Shown here: one piece after another, positions 1 through 10,288 of the stretch
Layout: each line of letters opens with the position of its first letter
Position numbering within the stretch: position 1 is the first letter of the stretch
Source: Paenirhodobacter sp.
GTDB lineage: Bacteria; Pseudomonadota; Alphaproteobacteria; Rhodobacterales; Rhodobacteraceae
Direction: 5' to 3'
Assembly (NCBI RefSeq): GCF_047600745.1
Contig: NZ_JASGKI010000006.1
Span: 496,345 to 560,344 of the forward strand
DNA length: 64,000 bases
Notes under the pieces: model-generated
The model's input: the letters and a program-made list of their open reading frames with translations, nothing else
The model's database searches: none
Told to the model about the DNA's origin: nothing
Position numbers and translations under genes: made by a program

Positions 1-199
1 TCCGATGCCACCGGCGCCTGGACCTGGAAAACCGCCGATGACGCCTGCGAAGCGGCAACGGTCCTCTTCCTGCGCAAATAAGGAAAGCCACTTTTCCGCA
101 AGGCCGGGTCTCCGGCGGCGATCCTGCCGCAGCTCAGCAAGATCGCCGGCCTGATGCCGACGCATACGCGCCGCTCCGACGAAGCCCAGACCTTCCAGC
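1..199 (+). pseudogene. Relic of strawberry-notch-type methylase/helicase gene (N-terminal part), interrupted by IS110; continues at 1705-1734
   Basis: Frame 1 reads SDATGAWTWKTADDACEAATVLFLRK*GKPLFRKAGSPAAILPQLSKIAGLMPTHTRRSDEAQTFQ. After removing 200-1704 it continues in frame as QFSTPIPLAY. I recognise THTRRS..Q.FQQFSTP from alphaproteobacterial plasmid/ICE methylase-helicase proteins (from memory). In-frame TAA at 79-81. Confidence 0.7.
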
Positions 200-302
200 A
201 GATGGCATGACCATTCTTGGCGCTCCCGCCGACGTGGGACAGGATCGCCAATGAGTGATCGCGGTCCGCACTCTTCTTCGGTCCGCAGCCGGAGGAGATG
301 AC

Positions 303-1412
303 ATGGAAGACTACAATGCCTTTATCGGTTTGGACGTGCACAAGGACAGCATCTCGGTCGCGATTGCGGATGCCGGCCGGGATGGCGAAATCCGGATGTA
401 TGGGACAATCGCCAATATGCCCGACGCTATCGCGCGCCTGATCCGCAAGCTGGTGCAGCGACATGGGAAGATCGAGGTGACCTACGAAGCAGGTCCCTGC
501 GGCTATGGGATTTATCGGCAACTCGCCGAAATGGGGATTGTCTGTCGGATCGTTGCACCGAGCCACACGCCAAAGCGGCCAGGTGAACGGGTGAAGAACG
601 ACACGCGTGACGCGCTGATGCTTGCGCGCTTGCTTCGTGCAGGCGAACTTACCTTTGTGTGGGTGCCTGACGCCACCCATGAGGCGATGCGCGATCTGGT
701 TCGGGCGCGCCAGGTTGCGTCGCAGGATGTCCGGGCAGCTCGTGCACTGATCCAGATGTTTCTGCCCAAGCATGGACTGCGGTGCAAGTCGAAGGCATGG
801 TGCCTGCGCTATCGGAAGTGGCTGACATCCCTGCCGCTTGAACATGCTGCCCAGAAGTTCGCACTACAGAGCTATATCAATCGCCTGGATCAGGCTGAGG
901 CCCGCAAGGCCGAGATTGAGGGCCAAATGGTCGATCTGATCCCGGGCTGGACGCTCGCCCCCTTGGTCCACGCATTGCAGGTATTCAAGGGGATAGGGAT
1001 GGTCATCGCCGCGACGCTCGCTGCGGAGATCGGGGACTTTTCCCGGTTTGCCAGTCCGCGCCAGTTGATGGCGTATCTCGGCCTGGTCCCCAGCGAATAC
1101 TCCAGCGGCAGCAAGCAGCGACCTGGCGGCATTACGAAAGCGGGCAACAAGATCGCGAGAGTGATGCTGGTCGAGGCTGCATGGTCGTACAAATGACCTC
1201 CTAAGGTCGGCGTGCTGCTCATGCTGAAACGCGAAAACTACAGCCAAGCGCTGAAGGACATCGGGTGGAAAGCCCAGGTGCGACTGAACCAGCGCTTTCG
1301 GCGTCTCGAAGGCAAAGGAAAGCGGAGCACTGTTGCTGCGGCCGCTGTTGCCCGCGAACTGGTCGGCTTCATCTGGGCGACGGCGATCATCGTGATGCCG
1401 AGGGCTGCCTGA
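303..1412 (+). pseudogene. IS110-family DEDD recombinase with one in-frame stop (TGA 1194-1196)
   Basis: Motifs GLDVHK, YEAG and KNDTRDA (DEDD), plus Tnp-domain GLVPSEYSSG and ITKAGN. The same frame continues after the stop to AVARELVGFIWA, ending at 1412. Confidence 0.9.
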
Positions 1413-1428
1413 ATCCTGCGCGTGCGAA

Positions 1429-1620
1429 TGTTGGCAGTGGCCAGGGCATCTGACGCGGGACGAGGCAAACCGTCGGTCGAGAATTGAGATCCGGAACGGT
1501 CCGGACATCTGACAGCAGAGTGAACGAACGCCTCTGACGCTTACCATAATGGGGTTTCGATCCCCGCATCGGAGTTTGAGCAACCGCCGATTAAGTCGGA
1601 TGCCCTGACCTCTGCCAACA
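1429..1620 (+). ncRNA. Candidate bridge/seek RNA of the IS1111-type element
   Basis: Closing stems 1429-1437/1612-1620 (9 bp) and 1444-1453/1596-1605. Target-matching guides at 1475-1486 and 1513-1517 flank a hairpin (1487-1510). An 8-nt match to the predicted circle junction lies at 1567-1574. Confidence 0.8.
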
Positions 1621-1765
1621 CCGCAAGGAGAACGAACATGACGAACTGCGCTCAAGCCGGGCGGCGGGAAACGCATGCCTATCCTCTTGACGAAGGGTCA
1701 TCGGAATTCTCGACCCCGATCCCGCTTGCCTATCATCCCCCGTTCCGGGGCTTGCTTGACGCAAG

Positions 1766-2110
1766 CAAGGCGCGTGCCCGGCGCAAGCTGAAGGAGGTCT
1801 TCGACCGCGACGGCTCCGAGGTCGCGGCCGAGGGCCTGCGCCGCATCGCAGAACTCTACGCCGTCAAGGCCGATATCCGCGACATCTCTCCCGGCCAGCG
1901 CCTGTCTGCCCGTCAGGCTCGCACTGTGCCGCGGATGGCAGCCTTCGGCGAATGGCTTCAGGCGCAGCGCCGGTAAATCTCCGCCAAATCCCGGCTGGGT
2001 GAAAAGCTGACCTACATCCATAACCAATGGGACGGGCTGCAAACCTTTCTGGCCGACGGCCGTGTCGAGATCGACTCCAACAGGGTCGAGAACCAGATCC
2101 GTCCGATCGC
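1766..2110 (+). pseudogene. IS66-family transposase (TnpC) internal fragment
   Basis: ARRKLKEVF...IAELYAV...LGEKLTYIHNQWDGLQTFLADGRVEIDSNRVENQIRPIA, with an in-frame TAA at 1974-1976. Both ends are missing. Confidence 0.85.
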
Positions 2111-2138
2111 GAGTGGCGAGTCATTGTGGCCCTCTTCT

Positions 2139-2541
2139 TCAAGTATCTGGAAACATTGACAGTTGGTCTCGGCTAACGATGTGACGCGGGCGCCCTTTCT
2201 GCCGGAGGGCGTTGATGACGTCATCATTCTCAAGATCCTCGGCCCGGATTTGCCACGGCGCGCCCGGAACGACCTGCGCGACAGGCAGAATCCCGTCCTG
2301 GATCATGCGTCGCACGATATGGCTGGTCACCCCGAGTTTTGCCGCGGCCTCGCGCATTGTGAGCCATGCTCCGTCCTTCTCGGTCGAGCGAAAGGCGTGG
2401 ACCCTGCGGATGGAGGCCACCCGGTGCGCCGTTCAGGTCTTGTCCTGGTCGGTTCGCGCGCCCTTCCGGTTCAAGGTATCCGCGATATCGGCATCGGAAA
2501 AGCGCGTCGCCATGCTTTCCATCAGGACAAGGGCCTGTTCC
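2139..2541 (-). pseudogene. C-terminal fragment of a large serine recombinase (with terminal HTH)
   Basis: ...FSDADIADTLNRKGARTDQDKT*TAHRVASIRR...WLTMREAAAKLGVTSHIVRRMIQDGILP...GAPWQI. TGA at 2433-2435 sits where Trp is expected. Confidence 0.65.
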
Positions 2542-2639
2542 GGTGTCTGACGTGTCCCGCCATCGAACCACCGATGCCCTTCCCGCCAAACCTGAACTCG
2601 CGGGGCCATTGCCCGGTGCGGAGAGGTCGCGACCGGGCC

Positions 2640-3462
2640 TCAACCGCCGGTCGCGTCGTCTTCCCGCACGAGGCGGAACCCCATGTTGTCGGGCGGCGCC
2701 CCGACCGAGCATCCCCCGGCTTTCGGCTCGCGGACAAAGGCCGTCAGCGCGGCGCGGTGCAGCCCCTCGGCCAGATAGATACCGCAACTGTGCCGCTCCT
2801 TGAGGATGGCGCCCTGCGCGTCCACATCCACCTGGCGCAGGCAGGTCGATGTCCATTCCCAGACCGCGCCGCCGATGTCGTGCACGCCGGTCGGGCTGCG
2901 GTTGAGCGTGCCGACCGGGCGGATGTCACGGTCGCGGGACCGGTCGCGCGCGGTTTCGGCATCGTATTCGGCAAGCCAGCGCACCGCCGGATTGGCCGGA
3001 TCGTCCGCGATGCCGAGCGCATCGTCACGGAACAGCGCGCCCGCCGCCTGCGCCCATTCCTCATCCGTCGGCAGCCGCCATGTCTGGCCCGTCCCGCGCG
3101 AGAAGCCAATGCGCATAGGCATTGGCGTCAAGCCAGCTCACCCCCGTTACCGGCAGGGTGTCCCCGGGCGGTCCGCCCGGCGCCGCGCAGGCACCATCGG
3201 CGACGCACCCCATGTATTCGGCCACGCTCACCGGATAGGCCATGATCCAGACCGGCGCGGGGATCTTTACCTCGGCGCGGGGCGGATCGACCGGGCGCCC
3301 CTCGAAGCGCCAGTCGCCGTTCAGGCGGTGCGAGAAGGGCCGTGGCTCAAGACGCACCACCTCCGGCCCCGGCACCATGGGGGCGGCGGAGACCCATACC
3401 CTTGCCCCCGCCCCCGCCGCGAGCGCCAGACCGACAACCGCGGCGATACTCAGGATCCGCAT
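2640..3462 (-). CDS. nirV: NirV (FGE-sulfatase-domain protein), +1 frameshift near 3103
   Basis: Two overlapping ORFs join as WLSRGTGQTWRLPTDEEW if one A at 3103/3104 is removed (273 aa). Motifs PVTGVSW, GAVWEWT and GFRLV. Directly downstream of nirK. Confidence 0.85.
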
Positions 3463-3479
3463 GGCACCCTACCCGGCAC

Positions 3480-4602
3480 TCACACCCCGGAGGGTGCGAG
3501 CACCTGCATCATCAGGTCGTTGTTCCACTCACCCTCGACCTTGAAATGCGCCGCCGCGCCAAGCTCGAAAGCCTCGATCAGGTTATGGTTCACATAGGCA
3601 TAGACGCCGGGCTGCTCGAAAGTATACATCGCCGCCCCCGCCGTGCCGCCCGGAATGAACCAGGTTTCCTGATCGACTTCGGGCGCATTGTGGAACTTGC
3701 CCGTCGCCCAGACGAAATTGCCATGCCCGCCGATCAGGTGCGGCCGGGTATCGCGATTGGCCTGACTGTGCACGATCAGCACCGTCTCGCCGACCTTTGC
3801 CGTCATCGCGTGGTCGCCGGTCAGTGCGCCGACCTTGCCGTTGAAGACGATATGCGTCGGCGTCAGCGTCCGCATCACCTTGAGCGTGTCGTCATAGGAA
3901 TCGGCGGGGCTGTCATACTTCCGGAAGGCGCCGTTTTCGTCGCGCGGCACATAGAAATCCTGCTCGCCGACATAATAGACTCGATCGTAGGTCAACGAAT
4001 TGCCCTTGCCGTCCTTCAGCCCATCGCGCGGCAGCACCATGATCGCCCCGTTCATGCCCTGCACGACATGCCACGCCACCATGCCCGGAGGCGCGCAGTG
4101 GTAGACGAACACGCCCGCCTTGGTCGCCTTGAAGCGCAGGACCGTCTTTTCGCCCGGGTTGACCTGGGTCAGCGCACCACCGCCAAGCGCCCCGGTCGAG
4201 GAATGGAAGTCGATGTTGTGCATCAGGTCGTTGCTTCTCGGGGTTGATGAGCGTCAGTTCGACGTAATCCCCTTCGTGCACCACCATCAGCGGGCCGGGA
4301 ACGGTACCGTTGAAGGTAAAGGCAAAGGTTTCGGTGCCCGCGTCGTCAAGGACGATCTTTTTTTCCTCGATCGTCATCTCGAATTCGACGATCTTCGGGC
4401 CGGTGGTCGCCACCTGCTCATGGGCATGCACGAAAGGCGGATCGACCAGTTCGACCTTCACCCGGGGCAGCCCCTCGGCACTCGTGGCGACCGGGGTCAG
4501 CACTTCCTTGGTCTGGGCTGCAACGGTGCGCACCTGCGTCATGGCGCCCGCGATCGCGGCACCGGCCAGAATGGTGCGGCGGGTCATGGGAACGAATGTC
4601 AT
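3480..4602 (-). CDS. nirK: Copper-containing nitrite reductase, +1 frameshift near 4235
   Basis: Tat-like signal (TRRTILAG). Cu ligands HNIDFH, YHC, WHVVQGM and AYVNHN. Removing one T at 4235/4236 gives [16 protein letters not shown] and a 373-aa ORF. Confidence 0.95.
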
Positions 4603-4675
4603 GGCTTGTCTTCTCCTGGTCTGGCCCGGTCGTTGCCGGTCAGCCCCTCTCTAGCCGGAACCGGGGGCGGCATCG

Positions 4676-4689
4676 TTGTGCCAGCACAA
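4676..4689. promoter_or_regulatory. NnrR/DNR-type binding site for nirK
   Basis: Perfect palindrome TTGTG-CCAG-CACAA (TTG-N8-CAA) between the divergent nirK and Crp/Fnr genes. Confidence 0.8.
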
Positions 4690-4754
4690 ATACCTGCGTA
4701 ATTCCGAGTGTTATCAGCAGGAAAATCCAGGCTGTCCCATGAAAGGCCCTCCCG

Positions 4755-5465
4755 ATGTCCGCTCCCCTCAGCCCCGCCCTGCGCCGGATTGCGTCTCAAT
4801 CCCGACTGTTTGCCACCCTGCCGCCGGATCTGCGCGAGCCTTTGCTCGATTCGGCGCGGGTCAGGCAGTTCGGGCGCGGCGACCCGATCTTCCATCAGGG
4901 TGACACCGCCCTGTCGCTGCACATCGTCGCCGATGGCTGGATCAAGCTCTATCGCATCGCGCCGAGCGGGGCGGAGGCGGTGGTGGGCACGATGACCCGT
5001 GGCCAGAGCTTCGGCGAGCCGATCGCGCTGCGCCGCGCGGCCTATCCGGTCTCGGCGGAGGCCTCGACCGAGGCGCAGGTGATCGTCCTGCCCGCGGAGG
5101 CGCTGCTGTCGATGCTCAAGGCGCGGCCCGAGGCGGCGATCTCGGTCATCGCCTCGACCTTCCTGCACCTTCAGGGCCTCGTCGAGCAGATCGAGCAGCT
5201 CAAGGCCCGCTCCGGCACGCAACGGGTCGCGGAATTCCTGCTCGACCTCTGCCCCGAAGGGGCCGACGAGGCCACCGTCACCCTGCCCTATGACAAGATG
5301 CTGATCGCCGGGCGGCTGGGGATGAAGCCCGAAAGCCTGAGCCGCGCCTTTGCCCGGCTGCGCGAACACGGCGTGCGCGTGCGACAGAACAGCGCCACCA
5401 TCGACTCGGTTTCGGCGCTGCGCGAGATGACGCTGGCCGATCCGGGGGACGCCTGGTCACGCTAA
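4755..5465 (+). CDS. Crp/Fnr-family regulator, DNR/NNR-like
   Basis: cNMP-binding domain (IFHQGD..., GWIKLYR) and C-terminal HTH (LPYDKMLIAGRLGMKPESLSRAF). No FNR cysteines. Confidence 0.9.
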   Translation: MSAPLSPALRRIASQSRLFATLPPDLREPLLDSARVRQFGRGDPIFHQGDTALSLHIVADGWIKLYRIAPSGAEAVVGTMTRGQSFGEPIALRRAAYPVSAEASTEAQVIVLPAEALLSMLKARPEAAISVIASTFLHLQGLVEQIEQLKARSGTQRVAEFLLDLCPEGADEATVTLPYDKMLIAGRLGMKPESLSRAFARLREHGVRVRQNSATIDSVSALREMTLADPGDAWSR

Positions 5466-5686
5466 CCCACCGCATGCAGCGCCCAGATCGCGACGAGCCA
5501 CAGCCCGAGCGGCACCGCAAAGGCCGTCAGCCAGCCCGACGCCCGCGTGAGATGCAAGAACCCCTTCAGGATCGCCAGCGCCTTGAGAAAGGCGACCGCC
5601 AGCAGCGCCGCCGGCACCCCGGCCAGCGCCACCGTCGCCGCGATCAGCACCAGCAGCCACAGCCAGTTCCGTGTGAGCGCATCCAT
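5462..5686 (-). CDS. norF: NorF-like small membrane protein
   Basis: 74-aa hydrophobic protein (LTRNWLWLLVL...KALAILKGFLHL) directly after norE. Confidence 0.7.
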   Translation of the reverse strand: MDALTRNWLWLLVLIAATVALAGVPAALLAVAFLKALAILKGFLHLTRASGWLTAFAVPLGLWLVAIWALHAVG

Positions 5687-5689
5687 CCC

Positions 5690-6205
5690 CTACCCCAACA
5701 GATAAACGGGCGGCAGCAGCAGCACCCAGACCAGATCGACCATATGCCAGAACATCGCCGCCGCCTGCACGGACTCGCGCCGGGGGCGGATCGACACCAG
5801 CAGAAGCACCACCACCCCGGCGATGACATGGGCCGCATGGAACCCGGTCAGCAGATAGTAGAAGGTGAAGAACGGATGCGCCTCCATGGTAATGCCGCGC
5901 GCCGCGTCGCCCGCATATTCCATGCCCTTCACGGTCAGGAACGCCACCCCGCCAAGCGCCGCGAGCCACAGCCAGCCGCGACCGCCATCCCGTTCCGCCC
6001 GCGCCGCGAACAGCCCCGATGTCACCAGAATCGCCGTGTTCAGCGCCGCCATCCGGCCATCGAGCAGCCCCTGCGCGGCGGCAAAGCCCGCCGGATCGGT
6101 CAGCCGCACCGCCTGCATCACCGTGATCCCCGCCGCGAAAACCGCGACTTCGGAGCCGATCAGCACCCACATCAGCAATTCGCCCGGAAGATCGTCGATC
6201 CGCAT
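5690..6205 (-). CDS. norE: NorE (cytochrome oxidase subunit III-like)
   Basis: LPGELLMWVLIGSE, FYYLLTGFHAAHV and FWHMVDLVW. The ATG overlaps the norD stop. Confidence 0.9.
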   Translation of the reverse strand: MRIDDLPGELLMWVLIGSEVAVFAAGITVMQAVRLTDPAGFAAAQGLLDGRMAALNTAILVTSGLFAARAERDGGRGWLWLAALGGVAFLTVKGMEYAGDAARGITMEAHPFFTFYYLLTGFHAAHVIAGVVVLLLVSIRPRRESVQAAAMFWHMVDLVWVLLLPPVYLLG

Positions 6206-8097
6206 CACGACACCAGATGGCGATAGATGTCGGGCAGCGCCAGCGTCAGCCGGTCCGGGTCGCGGATCACGGAAAAGCCGCCCTGCCCGAACAGGCGCGG
6301 GAACCATGCCTGACCGTCGCGGTCGATGGTGATGCCATAGACCGCATGCCCGGCGCGGCGGGCCTCGCGCACGGCCATGGCGCTGTCCTCGATGCCGTGG
6401 CGGCCCTCGTAATGGTCGAGGTCGTTGGGCTTGCCGTCGGTGATGACGAGCAGGAGCCGCCGCCCTGTCCCCTGTGCGCTCAGCCCCGCCGAGGCATGGC
6501 GGATCGCCGCGCCAAGGCGGGTATAGAATCCGGGCTTCAGCGCGGCGATCCGGGCCTCGACGGTGGCGGACATCGGTTCGTCAAACCGCTTGCAGCCGTG
6601 CAGATAGACCCGATCGCGCTTCAGCGACGAAAACCCGTCGATCGCGAACCGGTCCCCGCAGGCATCCAGCCCCCAGGCCAGCGCGGTGAGCGATTCCCGC
6701 GCGATGTCGATCACCTGCCGCCCCGTCACCATCGACTCGGTAGAGCGCGACACATCGAGCAGGATCGACACGGAAAGGTCGCGCCGCTCGGGCCGGGACT
6801 GGCGCCAGATCCGCTCGCTGCCCTGCCCCGTCGCGCGCAGGTCCGCCACCGAGCGCAGGGCGGCGTCAAGGTCGAGCTCCTCGCCATCGGGCTGCGCCGG
6901 GCACAGGACGCGTGCGGGGCGCAGCGCCTCGAACCGGCGCCGCACGGCGCGGATGCGGCGCTGCGCAGGGGCGTCAAAGGTCACGGCATGGGCCGGGTCG
7001 GGTACCACCGGCGCCGCCAGCACGCGGGTATGATCGGGCAGATAGCGCCCCGCCCGCGCCTCCCATTCGGGATAGGTAAAGCTGTCCGACAGCCGCTCCC
7101 GGTCGACATCCTCGGGCGCGAGGTCGAGATGCAGCTTGAGCCGCGTCGCGGGCGCCTTCGCGATCTGGCCCAGACCGATCTCCTCCTGATCCCGGGCGGC
7201 CTTTTTGGCGTTTTCGAGGTCGTCGTCCTCGACCCGGCGATTGAGGTTGAGGAACTGCGTCCAGGACAGCAGCGCCTCGAATTTGTAGATGATGATGCTG
7301 TCCTTGCGCGAGATCCGGTCGGTCGCGTGGCGGCGGGCCTTGCGCGCGGTGCCGTCGCCGCCTTCCTCAGGCGTGCCGCCGACGGGCGGATTCTCGACCT
7401 CGGACGGCGCCGAGAACCGCACCAGCCGCAGGTCCGGCCACATCGGCACCGGGCGGAACGGGCGATACCCGCGCGGCGCGGCCCCGATCCGCGGCGCCTC
7501 CGCGGCAAAGGGATCGGCCAGCACCTGCCGCACATGGTCCTCCACCCGCGCCTCGCTCCCCGTCAGCGGCAGCCGGGGACGCAGCGCCAGATGCGCCGCC
7601 ACCAGCCCGCGCCATAGCGGCGCAAGCCCCGGCGCGGCGGCAAGCGTATCGCGCACCATCCGCCCCGCCGCCCGGATCGCGGCCATATCCGCCGCAAGCG
7701 GATCCTCGGGCAGGGTCACGGGCGCCGGCGCATGGGCCGCCATCGCCGCCAGCCACAGATAGAGCCCGGCGTTCTCCTTCCGCTGCGGAAATTCGGCCAG
7801 CGTCGCGGGCAGGCGCAGCACCTCGCCGTCGAAACTCGCCCGCGCGACCTGTTCGACCGGCATCGACAGCCGCCGCCGGAACCGCAGCCGGTGATGGCTC
7901 TCCTCCGGGGCGACGCCTTTTATTTCGACCGACGGATCCCCCCCAAGCCCCCGGAACAGCACGCCCAGACGCGGGCGGATCTCCTCCAGCGTGACCTCGG
8001 CGGCGGAAAAATCGTGCCCGCCGTCGATCCGCCCGGCCAGCCGGTGCCAGATCTTGCCGACGGTCTCTTCGGGTTCCCAGGGGATGATCTCGACCAT
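6205..8097 (-). CDS. norD: NorD (VWA-domain NOR activation protein)
   Basis: WEPEETVGK N-terminus, VWA LLDVSRS, YTRLGAAIRH, LLVITDGKPNDLDHYEG. Confidence 0.95.
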   Translation of the reverse strand: MVEIIPWEPEETVGKIWHRLAGRIDGGHDFSAAEVTLEEIRPRLGVLFRGLGGDPSVEIKGVAPEESHHRLRFRRRLSMPVEQVARASFDGEVLRLPATLAEFPQRKENAGLYLWLAAMAAHAPAPVTLPEDPLAADMAAIRAAGRMVRDTLAAAPGLAPLWRGLVAAHLALRPRLPLTGSEARVEDHVRQVLADPFAAEAPRIGAAPRGYRPFRPVPMWPDLRLVRFSAPSEVENPPVGGTPEEGGDGTARKARRHATDRISRKDSIIIYKFEALLSWTQFLNLNRRVEDDDLENAKKAARDQEEIGLGQIAKAPATRLKLHLDLAPEDVDRERLSDSFTYPEWEARAGRYLPDHTRVLAAPVVPDPAHAVTFDAPAQRRIRAVRRRFEALRPARVLCPAQPDGEELDLDAALRSVADLRATGQGSERIWRQSRPERRDLSVSILLDVSRSTESMVTGRQVIDIARESLTALAWGLDACGDRFAIDGFSSLKRDRVYLHGCKRFDEPMSATVEARIAALKPGFYTRLGAAIRHASAGLSAQGTGRRLLLVITDGKPNDLDHYEGRHGIEDSAMAVREARRAGHAVYGITIDRDGQAWFPRLFGQGGFSVIRDPDRLTLALPDIYRHLVS

Positions 8098-8099
8098 GC

Positions 8100-8900
8100 T
8101 CAGCCCGCCAATGCCTGCACGAGGTCCAGCAGACCCCGCTTCACATCCGCGTCGTCGGTCAGCGGTTCGATCATCGCGACCTCCACCGCCCGGTCGAAGC
8201 CCATGCCCTGCGCGATCAGCGTGGCCGCATAGACCACGAGCCGCGTCGAGACGCCCTCTTCCAGATCCTGCCCCCGCAGCCCGCGCAGCTTGCCCGCGAT
8301 CCGGATCAGCAGGCGCGCCCGGTCCTCGTCCAGCCCGCTTTCGCGGCACACGACCGGCAGTTCCTGCACCGGGGACGGGAAGGCGAATTCGACCGAGACG
8401 AACCGCTGCCGGGTCGAGGGCTTCAGCGATTTCAGGATGTTCTGGTAGCCGGGGTTATAGGAGGCCACCAGCATGAACCCCGCCCCCGCGTGCAGCTCCT
8501 CGCCGGTGCGGTCAATCGGCAGGATGCGGCGGTCGTCGGTCAGCGGGTGCAGCACCACGGCCACATCCTTGCGCGCCTCGACCACCTCGTCGAGGTAGCA
8601 GATCGCGCCCTCGCGCACCGCGCGGGTCAGCGGACCATCGACCCAGACCGTCTCGCCGCCCTTGAGCAGGTAGCGCCCGATCAGATCGGCGGCCGACAGG
8701 TCGTCATGGCACGACACGGTATGAAGCGGGCGACCGAGCCGCGCCGCCATATGCGCGACGAAGCGGGTCTTGCCGCAGCCCGTCGGTCCCTTGAGCAGGA
8801 GCGGCAGGCGGGCCTTGTAGGCGGCGGCGAAGACATCGCATTCGTCGCCCTGCGGGAGATAGAAGGGGGCGCTGCCCCCTTCGACAAAGGTTCCGTCCAT
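8100..8900 (-). CDS. norQ: NorQ (CbbQ/NirQ AAA+ ATPase)
   Basis: Walker [33 protein letters not shown]. Confidence 0.95.
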   Translation of the reverse strand: MDGTFVEGGSAPFYLPQGDECDVFAAAYKARLPLLLKGPTGCGKTRFVAHMAARLGRPLHTVSCHDDLSAADLIGRYLLKGGETVWVDGPLTRAVREGAICYLDEVVEARKDVAVVLHPLTDDRRILPIDRTGEELHAGAGFMLVASYNPGYQNILKSLKPSTRQRFVSVEFAFPSPVQELPVVCRESGLDEDRARLLIRIAGKLRGLRGQDLEEGVSTRLVVYAATLIAQGMGFDRAVEVAMIEPLTDDADVKRGLLDLVQALAG

Positions 8901-8904
8901 CGGC

Positions 8905-10278
8905 TTACTCCGCGGCATGTTTCACGACCGGGCCGGGCTCGATCACCTCGCGCCGTCCGGGGATCAGCGTCGCCCCGATGAACAGGAACGCCCCGATCAC
9001 CACCGCGAAACCGGACCCGAAGCGCATCCAGTAGAACAGCGCGATCTCGTCCTGCACATCCATGAAGCCCTCGCCCATGACGCGTTGCAGATGGGTCTGG
9101 AGCGTGCCCGCGAAGGTCAGCACGAAGGTCATGAACAGCATCCCCCCCGCCATCAGCCAGAACGACGACATGATCAGCACCTGGTTGTAGGGGTCGCGGC
9201 CCTTGAGGATCGGCATCGCATAGGTGAACAGCGCGAGGTTGACGCAGACATAGGCGCCGAAGAACGCAAGGTGCCCGTGCGCGGCGGTGATCTGCGTGCC
9301 GTGGGTATAGTAGTTCACCCCGTGCAGCGTATGCAGGAAGCCCCAGACCCCCGCGCCGAAGAACGCCAGCACCGCACAGCCGAGCGACCACAGCAGCGCC
9401 GCCTTGTTCGGATGGTCGCGGCGGCCCTTCCACACCATGATGAAGGCAAAGGCCATCATCCCGAAGAACGGCACGATCTCGAAGGACGAGAACAGCGACC
9501 CGATCCATTGCCAGTATGCGGGCATGCCGATCCAGTAATAGTGGTGCCCGGTGCCGAGGATCCCCGAAAACAGCGCCGTGGCGACGATGACATAAAGCCA
9601 CTTTTCGACCACCTCGCGGTCCACCCCCGTCAGCTTCAGCATCAGGAAGCCGAGGATCGACGCCATGATCAGTTCCCACACGCCCTCAACCCAGAGGTGA
9701 ACCACGTTCCACCAGTATTGCTTGTCGAGCGCGAGGTTCGGCGGGTTGTAGAAGGCGAACAGGAACAGCAGCGCAAGGCCCCACAGCCCGACCAGCAGGA
9801 TCGTGGAGATCACCGTCTTGCGCCCCTTCAGCAGCGTCATCGTGACATTGTAAAGGAAGATCAGCGCGGCGACGACGATGCCCACCTTGACCCATGTCGG
9901 CTGTTCAAGGAATTCGCGCCCCTGCTTGCCAAGCAGGAAGTTGCCCTCGAACAGGTTGAACAGATAGGTCAGCACCGCCCCCGCCGTGCCCGCGACGAGG
10001 ATCGCAAGCTGCACATAGGCGAGGAGCGGCGAATGGATCTCGCGCTCCGCTTCCTCGGGCAGCAGGAAATAGGCCGCGCCGAAGAAGCCGGTCAGCAGCC
10101 ACACGATCAGCGCATTGGTATGCAGCATCCGGCCGATGTTGAAGGGCAGGATCTCGGACAGGAAGTTCGGGTTGACGTAGATGTAGCCAAGCACCAGCCC
10201 CATCGTCACCTGCACCGCGAACAGCGCGAGCGCGACGTAGATATAGGCCAGCGCGATCTTCTGTGTGTGGTATTTCAT
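8905..10278 (-). CDS. norB: Nitric oxide reductase large subunit (cNor)
   Basis: [25 protein letters not shown] and AHGHLAF heme/FeB ligands; 457 aa. Confidence 0.97.
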   Translation of the reverse strand: MKYHTQKIALAYIYVALALFAVQVTMGLVLGYIYVNPNFLSEILPFNIGRMLHTNALIVWLLTGFFGAAYFLLPEEAEREIHSPLLAYVQLAILVAGTAGAVLTYLFNLFEGNFLLGKQGREFLEQPTWVKVGIVVAALIFLYNVTMTLLKGRKTVISTILLVGLWGLALLFLFAFYNPPNLALDKQYWWNVVHLWVEGVWELIMASILGFLMLKLTGVDREVVEKWLYVIVATALFSGILGTGHHYYWIGMPAYWQWIGSLFSSFEIVPFFGMMAFAFIMVWKGRRDHPNKAALLWSLGCAVLAFFGAGVWGFLHTLHGVNYYTHGTQITAAHGHLAFFGAYVCVNLALFTYAMPILKGRDPYNQVLIMSSFWLMAGGMLFMTFVLTFAGTLQTHLQRVMGEGFMDVQDEIALFYWMRFGSGFAVVIGAFLFIGATLIPGRREVIEPGPVVKHAAE

Positions 10279-10288
10279 CTCTCTCTCC

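Larger units (their letters stand above)
200..1704 (+). mobile_element. IS110-family insertion sequence, IS1111-type, 1505 bp
   Basis: Sub-terminal inverted repeats ATGACC (207-212) and GGTCAT (1696-1701) lie 7 bp and 3 bp from the ends, the IS1111 pattern. No target duplication. Excision restores the host reading frame (cag c|aa ttc tcg acc). Long 3' non-coding end. Confidence 0.88.

Noticed and set aside
1687-1692. Circle-junction promoter of the IS (TTGACG as -35)
   Set aside because: No convincing -10 forms at 16-18 bp across the predicted junction, so it was not called.
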